From positions 1 to 64,000 of IMG/VR virus record IMGVR_UViG_3300042888_000931: a DNA stretch of 64,000 bases; one strand, given 5' to 3'. Origin of the DNA: a virus. Position 1 is the stretch's first letter. Each line of letters starts with the position of its first letter. The notes below the pieces were generated by a model that did no database searches, was not told the origin of the DNA, and saw only the letters and a program-made list of their open reading frames with translations. Positions 27,401-36,574 of the stretch are shown in pieces. The translations under genes were made by a program, and so were the position numbers.

Positions 27401-28993
27401 ATGGAAGACAACGATTATGAAATCTACGCAAGAATTGATGATCCAATAAAGAAGGATGACACATTCTCAAAGTCAGATCCATTTAGTGGTAACTGGGATA
27501 CACTAAAATCTCTTGACGGACTAGAAGCAAATTTTAAAAGACGCATCAGCAGATCTTCAACTAAAATGGTTGAACCAACAACACAATATACAACTGCAGC
27601 ACTTGCTGGAAAAAGCGGTATTGATGGAGCACAATCAAAAGAGATCAACCCAGGACTAGTATATGTAAACGGCTATGGAATGTTCGATGTCATTACACCA
27701 CCATGGAACCTTTATGAATTAGCAAACTACTACGATACTTCATTTGCAAACCACGCAGCAATTGATGCTAAGGTAGAGAACATCGTTGGTCTTGGTTATG
27801 AGTTCAAGGTTTCTCAAAGAACAATGATGAGACTTGAGTCATCAGAAGATAACAGTGCAACACAGAAGGCAAGAAAAAGAATTGAAAGAACAAAGATTGA
27901 AGCAAGAGACTGGCTAGAGTCACTTAATGACGATGACTCATTTACAGCCACAATGGAAAAGGTTTACACAGACCTACAGTCAACTGGAAATGGTTATCTT
28001 GAAATTGGAAGAACAACTCGTGGAGAAATTGGATACGTTGGACACATACCATCAACAACCATGCGAGTACGAAGACTGAAAGATGGTTATGTACAAATCA
28101 TTGGAAATAAGATTGTTTACTTCCGTAACTTTGGGGCAAAGAATCAAAATCCACTAACAACAGATGCTAGACCAAACGAGATTATTCACTTTAAGCAGTA
28201 CTCACCTCTCAACACATTCTACGGAGTGCCAGACATCATGTCGGCTATCAACTCACTTCATGGAGACTCACTTGCTTCACAATACAATATTGACTACTTT
28301 GCAAACAAGGCAGTTCCAAGATACGTTGTAACACTAAAGGGTGCAAAACTTTCTGGAGATGCAGAAGATAAGATGTTCCGATTCTTGCAGACAAATCTCA
28401 GAGGGCAGTCACACAGAACGCTATATATTCCACTTCCAGGTGATAGCGAAAATAACAAAGTCGAATTTAAGATGGAGCCCATCGAAGACGGTATACAGGA
28501 CGGCTCATTTAAAGAGTATCGTAAGCAAAACCGTGATGATATCCTAGTAGCACATCAGGTGCCACTGTCTAAACTTGGAGGTGGCGATTCTGGTTCTATT
28601 GCAGCAGCACTTGCACAGGATCGCACCTTTAAGGAGCAGGTTGCAAGACCAGCACAGAGACAACTTGAAAAGATGATCAACAAGATTATTCGTGAAAAGA
28701 CAGATATCATTGAGTTTGTATTTAACGAGTTGACACTGACAGATGAAATTGCACAGTCTCAAATTCTTGAAAGATACGTTAAGAATCAGATCATGACTCC
28801 TAACGAGGCAAGAGTTGTTTTGGACATGCCACAAAGAGATGGTGGTGATGAGGTCCTAGACCTTAAACCAGAAGCAGCAGCAGAGGCAACTACTACAAGA
28901 GCCAGAGATGCTGAAAGAACAAACAACAACTCTGACAGTTCATCGACTGTCGCTGGACGAAACCCAAAGGGTGAAGGAAGAAAAACTCCTTAA
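27401..28993 (+). CDS. Portal protein
   Basis: GNGYLEI.R, EIIHFK.Y....FYGVPDI, YFANKAVP, MTPNEAR; position before the protease and capsid genes. Confidence 0.9.
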   Translation: MEDNDYEIYARIDDPIKKDDTFSKSDPFSGNWDTLKSLDGLEANFKRRISRSSTKMVEPTTQYTTAALAGKSGIDGAQSKEINPGLVYVNGYGMFDVITPPWNLYELANYYDTSFANHAAIDAKVENIVGLGYEFKVSQRTMMRLESSEDNSATQKARKRIERTKIEARDWLESLNDDDSFTATMEKVYTDLQSTGNGYLEIGRTTRGEIGYVGHIPSTTMRVRRLKDGYVQIIGNKIVYFRNFGAKNQNPLTTDARPNEIIHFKQYSPLNTFYGVPDIMSAINSLHGDSLASQYNIDYFANKAVPRYVVTLKGAKLSGDAEDKMFRFLQTNLRGQSHRTLYIPLPGDSENNKVEFKMEPIEDGIQDGSFKEYRKQNRDDILVAHQVPLSKLGGGDSGSIAAALAQDRTFKEQVARPAQRQLEKMINKIIREKTDIIEFVFNELTLTDEIAQSQILERYVKNQIMTPNEARVVLDMPQRDGGDEVLDLKPEAAAEATTTRARDAERTNNNSDSSSTVAGRNPKGEGRKTP

Positions 28994-29045
28994 TGTCCAA
29001 TTTGTCCACAATGTGATACTTATATAAAACGGAGGGTATAATATA

Positions 29046-30383
29046 ATGGTGAGCAATATATCCAAGGCCCATTGGAACTCAGATGGGGAAAATTTACGTC
29101 TTTCCATGCCACTTACTAAGGTGGACAAGGAGCGTAGAGTTGTTTCTGGATTTGCATCTTTAGACAATGTTGATAAGCAGGATGACATTGTAACAGCAGA
29201 AGCATCAATGGAGGCTTTTGCAAAATTCCGAGGGAACATTAGAGAAATGCATCAGCCACTAGCAGTAGGCAAGATGGTATCATTCAAAGCAGATAAGTAT
29301 TTTGATCCAGAATCAAAGAAGTTTTATAACGGAGTATTTGTATCAGCATATGTTTCAAAGGGTGCACAAGATACTTGGGAAAAAGTTCTAGATGGAACAC
29401 TAACTGGTTTTTCTATTGGTGGACGTATGAACAAGTGGGATGAAGGGTTTGACGAGAAGTCAGACAAGGCAATTAGAATTATTAAGCAATATGATTTGAT
29501 TGAGTTGAGTCTTGTAGATTCCCCAGCAAATCAATTTGCAAACATTGTATCTGTTGAAAAGGTTGACGGAGTAGATGTTATTAAGGGTGACGAAACAGTT
29601 TTAGAGAATGTTTTTTATGATAAGGAATCAGGTCTCGTAATGGTTTCAGAAAATGAGTCAGAGGTAAGCCCAACTACTGGTGAGCAAATGGAAAACATAG
29701 GTTTCGTTGAAAAAACGGATAATGAAAAGACAGACATGATAAAATTCTTAGTTGATAGTGCTAAAGGCATTAATACTTCTAAGATTAACAAGGAGGTACA
29801 ACCTATGACAAAATCAAAAACACAAGTTGAAAAGACAGACGTAATTGAAGATGTTGTGGTCGCTCCAGAGGCAGATGCAGCAGTTGCAGAGGTTACTGAA
29901 GAAATTACAAAGGCAGAAGAGACAGAAACAACAGAGGTTGTTGAAGTTGAGAAGGCACTTGTAGATATCAACGGAGAGGCACCAGTTGCCGACTCAGTTG
30001 AAGCAGTAACAGAAGCAGTTGTAGAAGTATCTAAGTCAGAAGAGGTAATTGCAGAAGCAGTTACTGAAATGAAGAATACTCTAGAATCAGCCTTTAGCGA
30101 TCTAGTGTCAACAGTAAAGTCTTTGCAAGCAGAAGTAGAACTTCTTAAGTCTTCAAAGGTCGATGTTGATACAGTAAAGGATTCATTTGCAGCAGTTGCA
30201 AAAGATATTGCAGCAGTATCAAATGAGTTTAATGAATTTGGAAAACGAGTAGACGCTGTGGAAGCAGACACCGCATTCCGAAAGTCTGGAGATATCGGCG
30301 ATATCTTTCAGAATCAACCTGAAACGGTTGAAAAATCCCTATGGGGCGGTAGTTTCCTCAAAACAGCCGATCTATTCAAATGA
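29046..30383 (+). CDS. Prohead protease (XkdF/HK97-like) fused to an acidic scaffold domain
   Basis: VSGFAS...DKQDD, REMHQ, GFSIGG, ELSLVDSPANQ; Glu/Ala-rich coiled-coil C-terminal half. Confidence 0.85.
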   Translation: MVSNISKAHWNSDGENLRLSMPLTKVDKERRVVSGFASLDNVDKQDDIVTAEASMEAFAKFRGNIREMHQPLAVGKMVSFKADKYFDPESKKFYNGVFVSAYVSKGAQDTWEKVLDGTLTGFSIGGRMNKWDEGFDEKSDKAIRIIKQYDLIELSLVDSPANQFANIVSVEKVDGVDVIKGDETVLENVFYDKESGLVMVSENESEVSPTTGEQMENIGFVEKTDNEKTDMIKFLVDSAKGINTSKINKEVQPMTKSKTQVEKTDVIEDVVVAPEADAAVAEVTEEITKAEETETTEVVEVEKALVDINGEAPVADSVEAVTEAVVEVSKSEEVIAEAVTEMKNTLESAFSDLVSTVKSLQAEVELLKSSKVDVDTVKDSFAAVAKDIAAVSNEFNEFGKRVDAVEADTAFRKSGDIGDIFQNQPETVEKSLWGGSFLKTADLFK

Positions 30384-30406
30384 ACAAATCACTAGGAGGT
30401 GACAAT

Positions 30407-31540
30407 ATGTCAGAAGAAATAATCAAAAACCAGCCAGGCGAGAGTGCAAATCTAGGAGGAACAACTCCAGGTCTGTACCAAGGCCAAGGTGCTTTCGCAT
30501 CAGGTGGAATTGGTGGAGTAAGTAACCCAGGTGCAGATACACTTGGAAATATTCCAACAGCAACTCTTGGATCTACAAGCGGAGCAAACGCTGTTAACCC
30601 TAGTGGTTCAGCGGCTTCTGGAATTTTGCGCCCTGAGCAGGCACGTCGTTTTATCGACTATGTTTGGGACGCAACAGTATTAGCAAAGGATGGCCGTCGT
30701 GTAACAATGAAGGCTAACTCAATGGAACTTGAGAAGGTAAACGTCGGTGAGCGTGTAATTCGTGCAGCAGCGCAAGCAGTTGGTAACTACACAAACACAG
30801 GTGCAACATTCTCTAAGGTCGAACTTACTACCAAGAAGATTCGTCTTGATTGGGAAGTAACAGCAGAATCATTGGAAGATGGTGTAGAAGGTGACGCTCT
30901 AGAAGATCACTTGGTACGCTTGATGACCAACGCATTCGCAAATGATATCGAAGATCTCGCTATCAATGGTGATGGTGCAACAGGAGCATTCTTGTCAATC
31001 ATGCCAGGCTTTATCAACAAGGTAAAGACAAACGGAGATGCACATGAGTCAGTAGTGACCGTAGCAGATAATGCTTGGACACCTGATGTAATGCAGGGCA
31101 TCATCAATGCAATGCCACGTAAGTATCGTGCACTTAAGAACAATCTTAAGTTCTACGCAGGTACAGATGCATTCGGTGGAATCGTTAAGAACAACGGTAC
31201 ACTTGCTGATGCAGTAGCAGAAGCATTTGCTGGACAGGTCCCAGGATCAACCCAGGCAAACCGCCAGTCATACCTTGATGGTATCGGACAGACATTCGGT
31301 GGAGCACGTACAACACGTGTTCTCGGAATTGAAGTTCAGGAAGTTCCTTACTACCCAGCAGGCTATATCGATTTGACATTCCCTGCAAACCGTGTATGGG
31401 GATTCCAGAGAGATATCACTGTAAACCGTGAGTACGTAGCGAAGAAGGATACAATTGAATACACTGTATTCGTTCGCTTCGGTATCAACTGGGAAGAAGA
31501 GGATGCAATCGCATTCGCTGACGCTGCTTCAGATTCATAA
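30407..31540 (+). CDS. Major capsid protein (HK97 fold)
   Basis: GGAGG RBS; GILRPEQARRFID, ELTTKKIRL..EV..ESLED, AFANDIEDLAINGD; followed by a strong terminator. Confidence 0.88.
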   Translation: MSEEIIKNQPGESANLGGTTPGLYQGQGAFASGGIGGVSNPGADTLGNIPTATLGSTSGANAVNPSGSAASGILRPEQARRFIDYVWDATVLAKDGRRVTMKANSMELEKVNVGERVIRAAAQAVGNYTNTGATFSKVELTTKKIRLDWEVTAESLEDGVEGDALEDHLVRLMTNAFANDIEDLAINGDGATGAFLSIMPGFINKVKTNGDAHESVVTVADNAWTPDVMQGIINAMPRKYRALKNNLKFYAGTDAFGGIVKNNGTLADAVAEAFAGQVPGSTQANRQSYLDGIGQTFGGARTTRVLGIEVQEVPYYPAGYIDLTFPANRVWGFQRDITVNREYVAKKDTIEYTVFVRFGINWEEEDAIAFADAASDS

Positions 31541-31561
31541 TCTGTAAACAGTACCTTTAAT

Positions 31562-31596
31562 GGGGGGCGGGAGTTCACTCTCCTGTCCCCCTTAAT
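31562..31596 (+). terminator. Terminator after the major capsid gene
   Basis: GGGGGGCGGGAG-TTCACT-CTCCTGTCCCCC followed by TTAAT. Confidence 0.75.
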
Positions 31597-31630
31597 ACTT
31601 TAATGATATAATACAAACAAGGAGGATACA

Positions 31631-32077
31631 ATGGAAAATAATGATTACAACAAGCCATTTTCAGTAGAAAATGTAGAAGAGCCAGCACACGTTGAAGCCC
31701 CAGTGGTCGAGACACCAGCAGAGCCAGTAGTAGAGCCAGTCGTAGAGCCAGTAGTTGAGGCACCAGTTGAGGTAGCAGTCGAATCACCAGTTGTCGAAGC
31801 ACCACCAGCAGAAGAGCCAGTTCAATCACTAGGATTTACAGAAACAGGTGCTATTGGATCAATGGCAGCAGATGGTCCAAAGAAAGATATTAAGCCAGAA
31901 CTAGGCCTTGCAGACAAGGTTGCTATCTACTCAACAAGCAATGTTCGTTGGGAAGAAGCAAATGGAGCAATCTACAAGGGTGTTAATATTGTAACAAAAG
32001 ACCAAGCAGACAAGTGGCTAACTCGTTCACATGTTCGCATCGCAACACCCGAAGAAGTCCAAAAGGTTTTAGGGTAA
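31631..32077 (+). CDS. Acidic Glu/Pro/Val-repeat protein
   Basis: GGAGG RBS; EPVV repeats followed by a small C-terminal globular domain. Confidence 0.65.
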   Translation: MENNDYNKPFSVENVEEPAHVEAPVVETPAEPVVEPVVEPVVEAPVEVAVESPVVEAPPAEEPVQSLGFTETGAIGSMAADGPKKDIKPELGLADKVAIYSTSNVRWEEANGAIYKGVNIVTKDQADKWLTRSHVRIATPEEVQKVLG

Positions 32078-32083
32078 TTTAGC

Positions 32084-32980
32084 ATGGAGATATTGAGAGT
32101 TTCGCCATATGCAGAAGTACCTGCTAATTTTGTAATTCCTGCGGGGATTGTAGATGCAGATATAACTGTTACCATAACGGATATGGCGGACCTTTCAATT
32201 TCAACATCAACATTTACAGAGTCTTCTTCTGGAGAAACATTAGAGATTTCTTTGCCAGGAAAATATGACTCTTCATACAGAGTTGAGATTGTCAAAGATC
32301 TTGGAACATCAGATGAGCAAATTTTACAAGATGAGACATACGAGATAGTTAGACCGTATATTGATCCATCAACAAAAGCAACAACAGCATCAGACATCGC
32401 AGCCTATGCATTAAATGAGGAAATTGCTAGAGCAATTATTGACTCAATAATCCCAGAAGGATTTTATTATAAGAAAAAAGTTTTACATTTTACAGGAACA
32501 GGTGCCGACTATCTTCCAATCTGGGACGATGTTAAAAAAGTTTTAGCGGTATATGAAAACAATAAGTTAGTAGAAGATAGACAATACGAAGTATCATCAG
32601 ACAAGACGGCGATTATAGAAAAGTCTTCTGATAACATCAATCGTGCAGAGTCTTCTCCACTAGTTTTACCAGCAGCAGCATCAGATTCTTTGGACCCACA
32701 GTTTGTATATAGAGGGTTTGGCAAAACATGGGACTACCTAATAACTGTTGAGTATGGATATACAACAGTTCCATCAGACATTATCAGAGCAACAGAGATG
32801 CTAGTCCACGATTTAGAGTGTGGAAAGTTAGATTATTACAAGAGATTTATTTCTTCTTACAACACAGATCAATACAGAATTCAGTTTGATAAGGGTCTTT
32901 TCGAAGGAACAGGAAATATAATTGTAGACAAGATACTTTCTAAGTATGCTAAGTCTATTACAAAACTTGGGGTGTTGTAA
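32084..32980 (+). CDS. Head-tail adaptor/connector protein
   Basis: Position after the capsid gene; YGY..VPSDIIRAT..LV and TGNIIVDKILSKY motifs. Confidence 0.65.
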   Translation: MEILRVSPYAEVPANFVIPAGIVDADITVTITDMADLSISTSTFTESSSGETLEISLPGKYDSSYRVEIVKDLGTSDEQILQDETYEIVRPYIDPSTKATTASDIAAYALNEEIARAIIDSIIPEGFYYKKKVLHFTGTGADYLPIWDDVKKVLAVYENNKLVEDRQYEVSSDKTAIIEKSSDNINRAESSPLVLPAAASDSLDPQFVYRGFGKTWDYLITVEYGYTTVPSDIIRATEMLVHDLECGKLDYYKRFISSYNTDQYRIQFDKGLFEGTGNIIVDKILSKYAKSITKLGVL

Positions 32981-33429
32981 TGACAGTTTGCGAAACTCCA
33001 GACTTCATGTTTCCAATGCAGGCCTCTCTTTATCACCCAATCATTGAGCAGGGTGACTTTGGAGCAATTAAAAAACAATGGGTTTTAGATAGAACCTTTG
33101 CCTGTAGTTTTTCATCAGGTGGATCAGCATTCAAAGAGGATGTAAAGCCAAATGTTAACATTACTCAGAACTCACTACTGGTCGGAAGAACAAAATCAGA
33201 CATAAGAATATCTTCAAGAGACAATAAAAATGCACTAACAAACATATTAATAACGGATATCAAAGACCAAGAAGGAAATCTAATATACATGGAAACCTCT
33301 GGCGTTAGATCTGGAAAGCCAACTCTTTTTGAAATAGCAACATGCGAACCATTCGTAGGCCCTTTCGGAGTTGTAGAGTCATTTAAGTTAGTTATTAGAA
33401 GATCAGAAAATCAATCAGGTGACCTATGA
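32980..33429 (+). CDS. Putative head closure/stopper protein
   Basis: Synteny and size (149 aa). Confidence 0.5.
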   Translation: MTVCETPDFMFPMQASLYHPIIEQGDFGAIKKQWVLDRTFACSFSSGGSAFKEDVKPNVNITQNSLLVGRTKSDIRISSRDNKNALTNILITDIKDQEGNLIYMETSGVRSGKPTLFEIATCEPFVGPFGVVESFKLVIRRSENQSGDL

Positions 33430-34100
33430 AACCAGTATACAATTCTAAGAAGTTTAAAAAAGAAATGAACAACATTATGAACTACTCTATTGGTTTCTTG
33501 GACGGTGTTCAAAGAGGAAAGACTCCATTCTTAAGATCTTTAGGAGCACAAACCGTAGAAGTAATGAAGCAGTTTGTGGACTCAAATGCAAGGGTAAATC
33601 CAGAGATGCTTCACCATATATACGAGTGGAACAGAACAGGAAGCCCAGGGGCAAGACTATACGACATAGAGTTTACAACTAGTAATATCGGACTATCTTT
33701 TAAATCATCTTTCCGTCAATCATCATCAATCAAGGATGGATCGAAGGTTCCTTTCTACGACAAAGCAAGAATTATTGAAAGCGGAGCCTCTGTATTAATT
33801 AAGCCAAGAACTTCAGAGGTTTTGGCTTTTGAAGAAAATGGAGAAACTGTGTTTACAAAAAAGCCAATTAAGATTAGTAACCCTGGAGGAGAAGAAGCAC
33901 AGGGTGGATTTGAAAAAACACTAGATCTATTCTTTAATAGATATTTTTCACAATCATTCTTGAGAACTAGTGGAGTTGCAAAGTATCTTGAAAACCCACA
34001 GGTATATAAAAAGAATTTAAGAGCAGGGAAAGCAAGAGGAAGAAGCAAGGGCGTTTCAGTAGGATACGTCTGGGTTGCTAATGCTGGAGTAGGTGCATAA
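33426..34100 (+). CDS. Putative neck/tail completion protein
   Basis: Basic 224-aa protein at the syntenic position; LHHIYEW motif. Confidence 0.5.
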   Translation: MKPVYNSKKFKKEMNNIMNYSIGFLDGVQRGKTPFLRSLGAQTVEVMKQFVDSNARVNPEMLHHIYEWNRTGSPGARLYDIEFTTSNIGLSFKSSFRQSSSIKDGSKVPFYDKARIIESGASVLIKPRTSEVLAFEENGETVFTKKPIKISNPGGEEAQGGFEKTLDLFFNRYFSQSFLRTSGVAKYLENPQVYKKNLRAGKARGRSKGVSVGYVWVANAGVGA

Positions 34101-34711
34101 TGGCAGCAGCAATTCATCATCCACCAACAATTATTAATGCTTACTTAGCAGCCAAGATTGGTCCAAGTTTTGGTTCCTCTGGAACTACATACTTTTTCCC
34201 TACACTTCCTACCCAAATAGACGATCTCATAAACACGTTTCCTCAGAGTAACGGTGTCTTTGGAGTATACGACAGAATGTTCAAGATGAGAAGAGAGGCT
34301 TTTCCATACATTAAGTGTGAGCAACTCTTATATTATTTTTATTCTGTAGGTGAGGATGCACAAAAGAATATGATAATTACTCAGCAAGAGATAAGTGATC
34401 TGCTTGATAATGGTGATGACTCAGCAAAAGACCTAAATGAGTGGGCTGCAGCAAACATAGACTACGAAACAATAGACTCCAAGCCATGCTTCTTTCATAA
34501 CTTCAAGATCTATCAATTAGAAGAGACACGAGATATTGTTGACTTTGCCACAGCCCGTACTTATGCGGGTAACAAGATAATTATTGACTATGACTGGCAC
34601 CCAGAATATGTTTACCAGGGTGCCCCATGTGAAAAAATAGGCATTGTAAAAGGTAGTTTTACTTGCATAAAGACAGATGAAAATAAGTTAGTCTGGGATA
34701 AAAACACCTAA
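34100..34711 (+). CDS. Putative tail terminator with a short Cys-pair C-terminal extension
   Basis: Immediately upstream of the major tail gene. Confidence 0.5.
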   Translation: MAAAIHHPPTIINAYLAAKIGPSFGSSGTTYFFPTLPTQIDDLINTFPQSNGVFGVYDRMFKMRREAFPYIKCEQLLYYFYSVGEDAQKNMIITQQEISDLLDNGDDSAKDLNEWAAANIDYETIDSKPCFFHNFKIYQLEETRDIVDFATARTYAGNKIIIDYDWHPEYVYQGAPCEKIGIVKGSFTCIKTDENKLVWDKNT

Positions 34712-34777
34712 TAAAAAGCCTGTATAATTAAGGTGAGGAAACAACCCCCTTTTAATAAAATGAAAGAGGTGAGATAT

Positions 34778-35431
34778 ATGGCATACAGCCGTGGTTCAAG
34801 TAGTAACATCATCGTGGGTGCAGCAGCACTATTTACGCATGATGCAGGTCCAATCGGACTAGATGAGGACGGAAAGATTACCGATGCTCAAGCAGCAACA
34901 GATCTTCCACCGTTAACAGCATCAGCAACATCATACAAGACAACATTGTCAGCAGACAATGCATACACAAATATCGGTTACACATCAAATGGTCTAGAAC
35001 TAGCGTTCGAACCAGATTTTGGTGAAGTAGCGGTAGATCAACTTCTCGACGTTGCTCGTTTATTCAAGCAAGGTATGACAGTTAACCTAAATACATCTTT
35101 CGCAGAGGCAACACTAGAAAACCTTCTAGTAGCAATTGCAGCAGATGAAGACGATCTATCTCCAGAGGCCCTAGGTCTTCAGACAATGAACATGTCAGCA
35201 GGAGATATTGGCGACGTTCCACTAGAGCGTGGTCTAGTAGCAGTAGGACCAGGTTCTGGTTCTTCAGCAGATCCAAAGGAAAGAATCTATGTTGCATACC
35301 GTGCACTCTCAATCGAGAGCGTAACAGTATCAGCAAAGCGTGATGAGGCTTCAATGTTTGAAGTATCATTCCGTCTTCTTCCAAACGATGACGCATCATA
35401 CGGTAAGATCGTAGATCGTTCACTCGCATAA
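34778..35431 (+). CDS. Major tail tube protein
   Basis: NIIVGAA.LF, IGYTSNGLE, VDQLLD, FAEATLENL, FEVSFRLLP; GAGGTG RBS; followed by a terminator. Confidence 0.85.
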   Translation: MAYSRGSSSNIIVGAAALFTHDAGPIGLDEDGKITDAQAATDLPPLTASATSYKTTLSADNAYTNIGYTSNGLELAFEPDFGEVAVDQLLDVARLFKQGMTVNLNTSFAEATLENLLVAIAADEDDLSPEALGLQTMNMSAGDIGDVPLERGLVAVGPGSGSSADPKERIYVAYRALSIESVTVSAKRDEASMFEVSFRLLPNDDASYGKIVDRSLA

Positions 35432-35446
35432 TACAACTTAATACAT

Positions 35447-35483
35447 GAGAGGCTCAATCCTTCGGGGTTGGGCCTTTCTGTTT
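35447..35483 (+). terminator. Terminator with C(UUCG)G tetraloop
   Basis: AGGCTCAATCC-TTCG-GGGTTGGGCCT followed by TTCTGTTT. Confidence 0.85.
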
Positions 35484-35497
35484 GGTATACTTATATA

Positions 35498-36178
35498 ATG
35501 GCAACAAGCATATATCAAAAACGAAAGTTCTATTTTGTAGATAGGACAGAGATTTCTGCGGGACCCCTTAAGATAAAATATCTTAGAGATTTTCTAGAAA
35601 CCTTTGAACCAATTAAAGAAGCAAAAACAGATAGCGAATCAATAACTATTTTAGTTGACTGTGCACTAATTGCAATGAAGCAGTATGCTCCACACATAAA
35701 GACAATAGAAGATCTTGAGGACAACCTAGACCTTCCTACAATCTATGAGGTTTTAGATATTGCAGCAGGTATTAAGATTAATTCAAAATCAGAAGAACCA
35801 GTAAAATCTCAAGCCGTAGAAAGCGGATCATCATGGGAAACTCTAGACTTGGCAAAACTAGAGTCAGAAGTATTTGTTCTTGGAATATGGAAAGACTATG
35901 AGGAACTAGAGCAGTCTTTATCTATGCCAGAGTTAACTGCAACGCTTGAAATAAAAAGAGAACTAGAGTATAACGATAAAAAGTTTTTTGCTGCAATGAA
36001 GGGTATTGATTTAGACAAGAAATCAGGCAAGGGAAATGAATGGGAAGACATGAAAGCCAGGGTATTTAGCAAGGGCAAGGCAACAGATGGAAGCGACATT
36101 ATGGCTTTACAGGGCAAGAATGCACAGAGGGCTGGTTTTGGAATAGGAAATGGACTCTCTTACGAGGTTTACGAATAG
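35498..36178 (+). CDS. Tail assembly chaperone, long (GT-like) form
   Basis: Between the major tail and tape measure genes; N-terminal half is paralogous to 36233..36556. Confidence 0.7.
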   Translation: MATSIYQKRKFYFVDRTEISAGPLKIKYLRDFLETFEPIKEAKTDSESITILVDCALIAMKQYAPHIKTIEDLEDNLDLPTIYEVLDIAAGIKINSKSEEPVKSQAVESGSSWETLDLAKLESEVFVLGIWKDYEELEQSLSMPELTATLEIKRELEYNDKKFFAAMKGIDLDKKSGKGNEWEDMKARVFSKGKATDGSDIMALQGKNAQRAGFGIGNGLSYEVYE

Positions 36179-36232
36179 CCAAAAATAAGCCTGCACTATG
36201 GTATAATTGACTAAACCTTATAAGGAGGACAG

Positions 36233-36556
36233 ATGTCTACAAAAGTTGAAGACAAAGAAGAACTATATCTTATCGATGGAACAAAGTTTGAAGTAAGACC
36301 ACTAAAGATCTCACTTCTAAAGCCATTTATGCAGAAGTTTAATGAGTTGCAGGAAGTGGCAGAAGATAACGAAAAGTCAATGAACGTTTTGCTAGATTGT
36401 GTGCAGATTGCATTTAAGCAATATCTACCACTAGTAGCAGACAACAGAGAGGCGATTGAGGAAAATCTAGATCTTCCTACAGTCTATAAGATTATTGATG
36501 CAGCGTCAGGTATGAAACTGGCAGATGCAACTGGTCTTCTAAACTCAATCAAATAA
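36233..36556 (+). CDS. Tail assembly chaperone, short (G-like) form
   Basis: AAGGAGG RBS; PLKI...DC..IA.KQY.P...E.NLDLPT.Y...D.A.G.K is shared with 35498. Confidence 0.7.
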   Translation: MSTKVEDKEELYLIDGTKFEVRPLKISLLKPFMQKFNELQEVAEDNEKSMNVLLDCVQIAFKQYLPLVADNREAIEENLDLPTVYKIIDAASGMKLADATGLLNSIK

Positions 36557-36574
36557 AGAAGAGGGTGTTAATGA

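Noticed and set aside
29615-30271. Long minus-strand Ser/Thr-rich ORFs here and within the tape measure gene
   Set aside because: Antisense artefacts of biased codon usage (GCA/GAA/ACA) in the + strand genes; no RBS or recognisable motifs.
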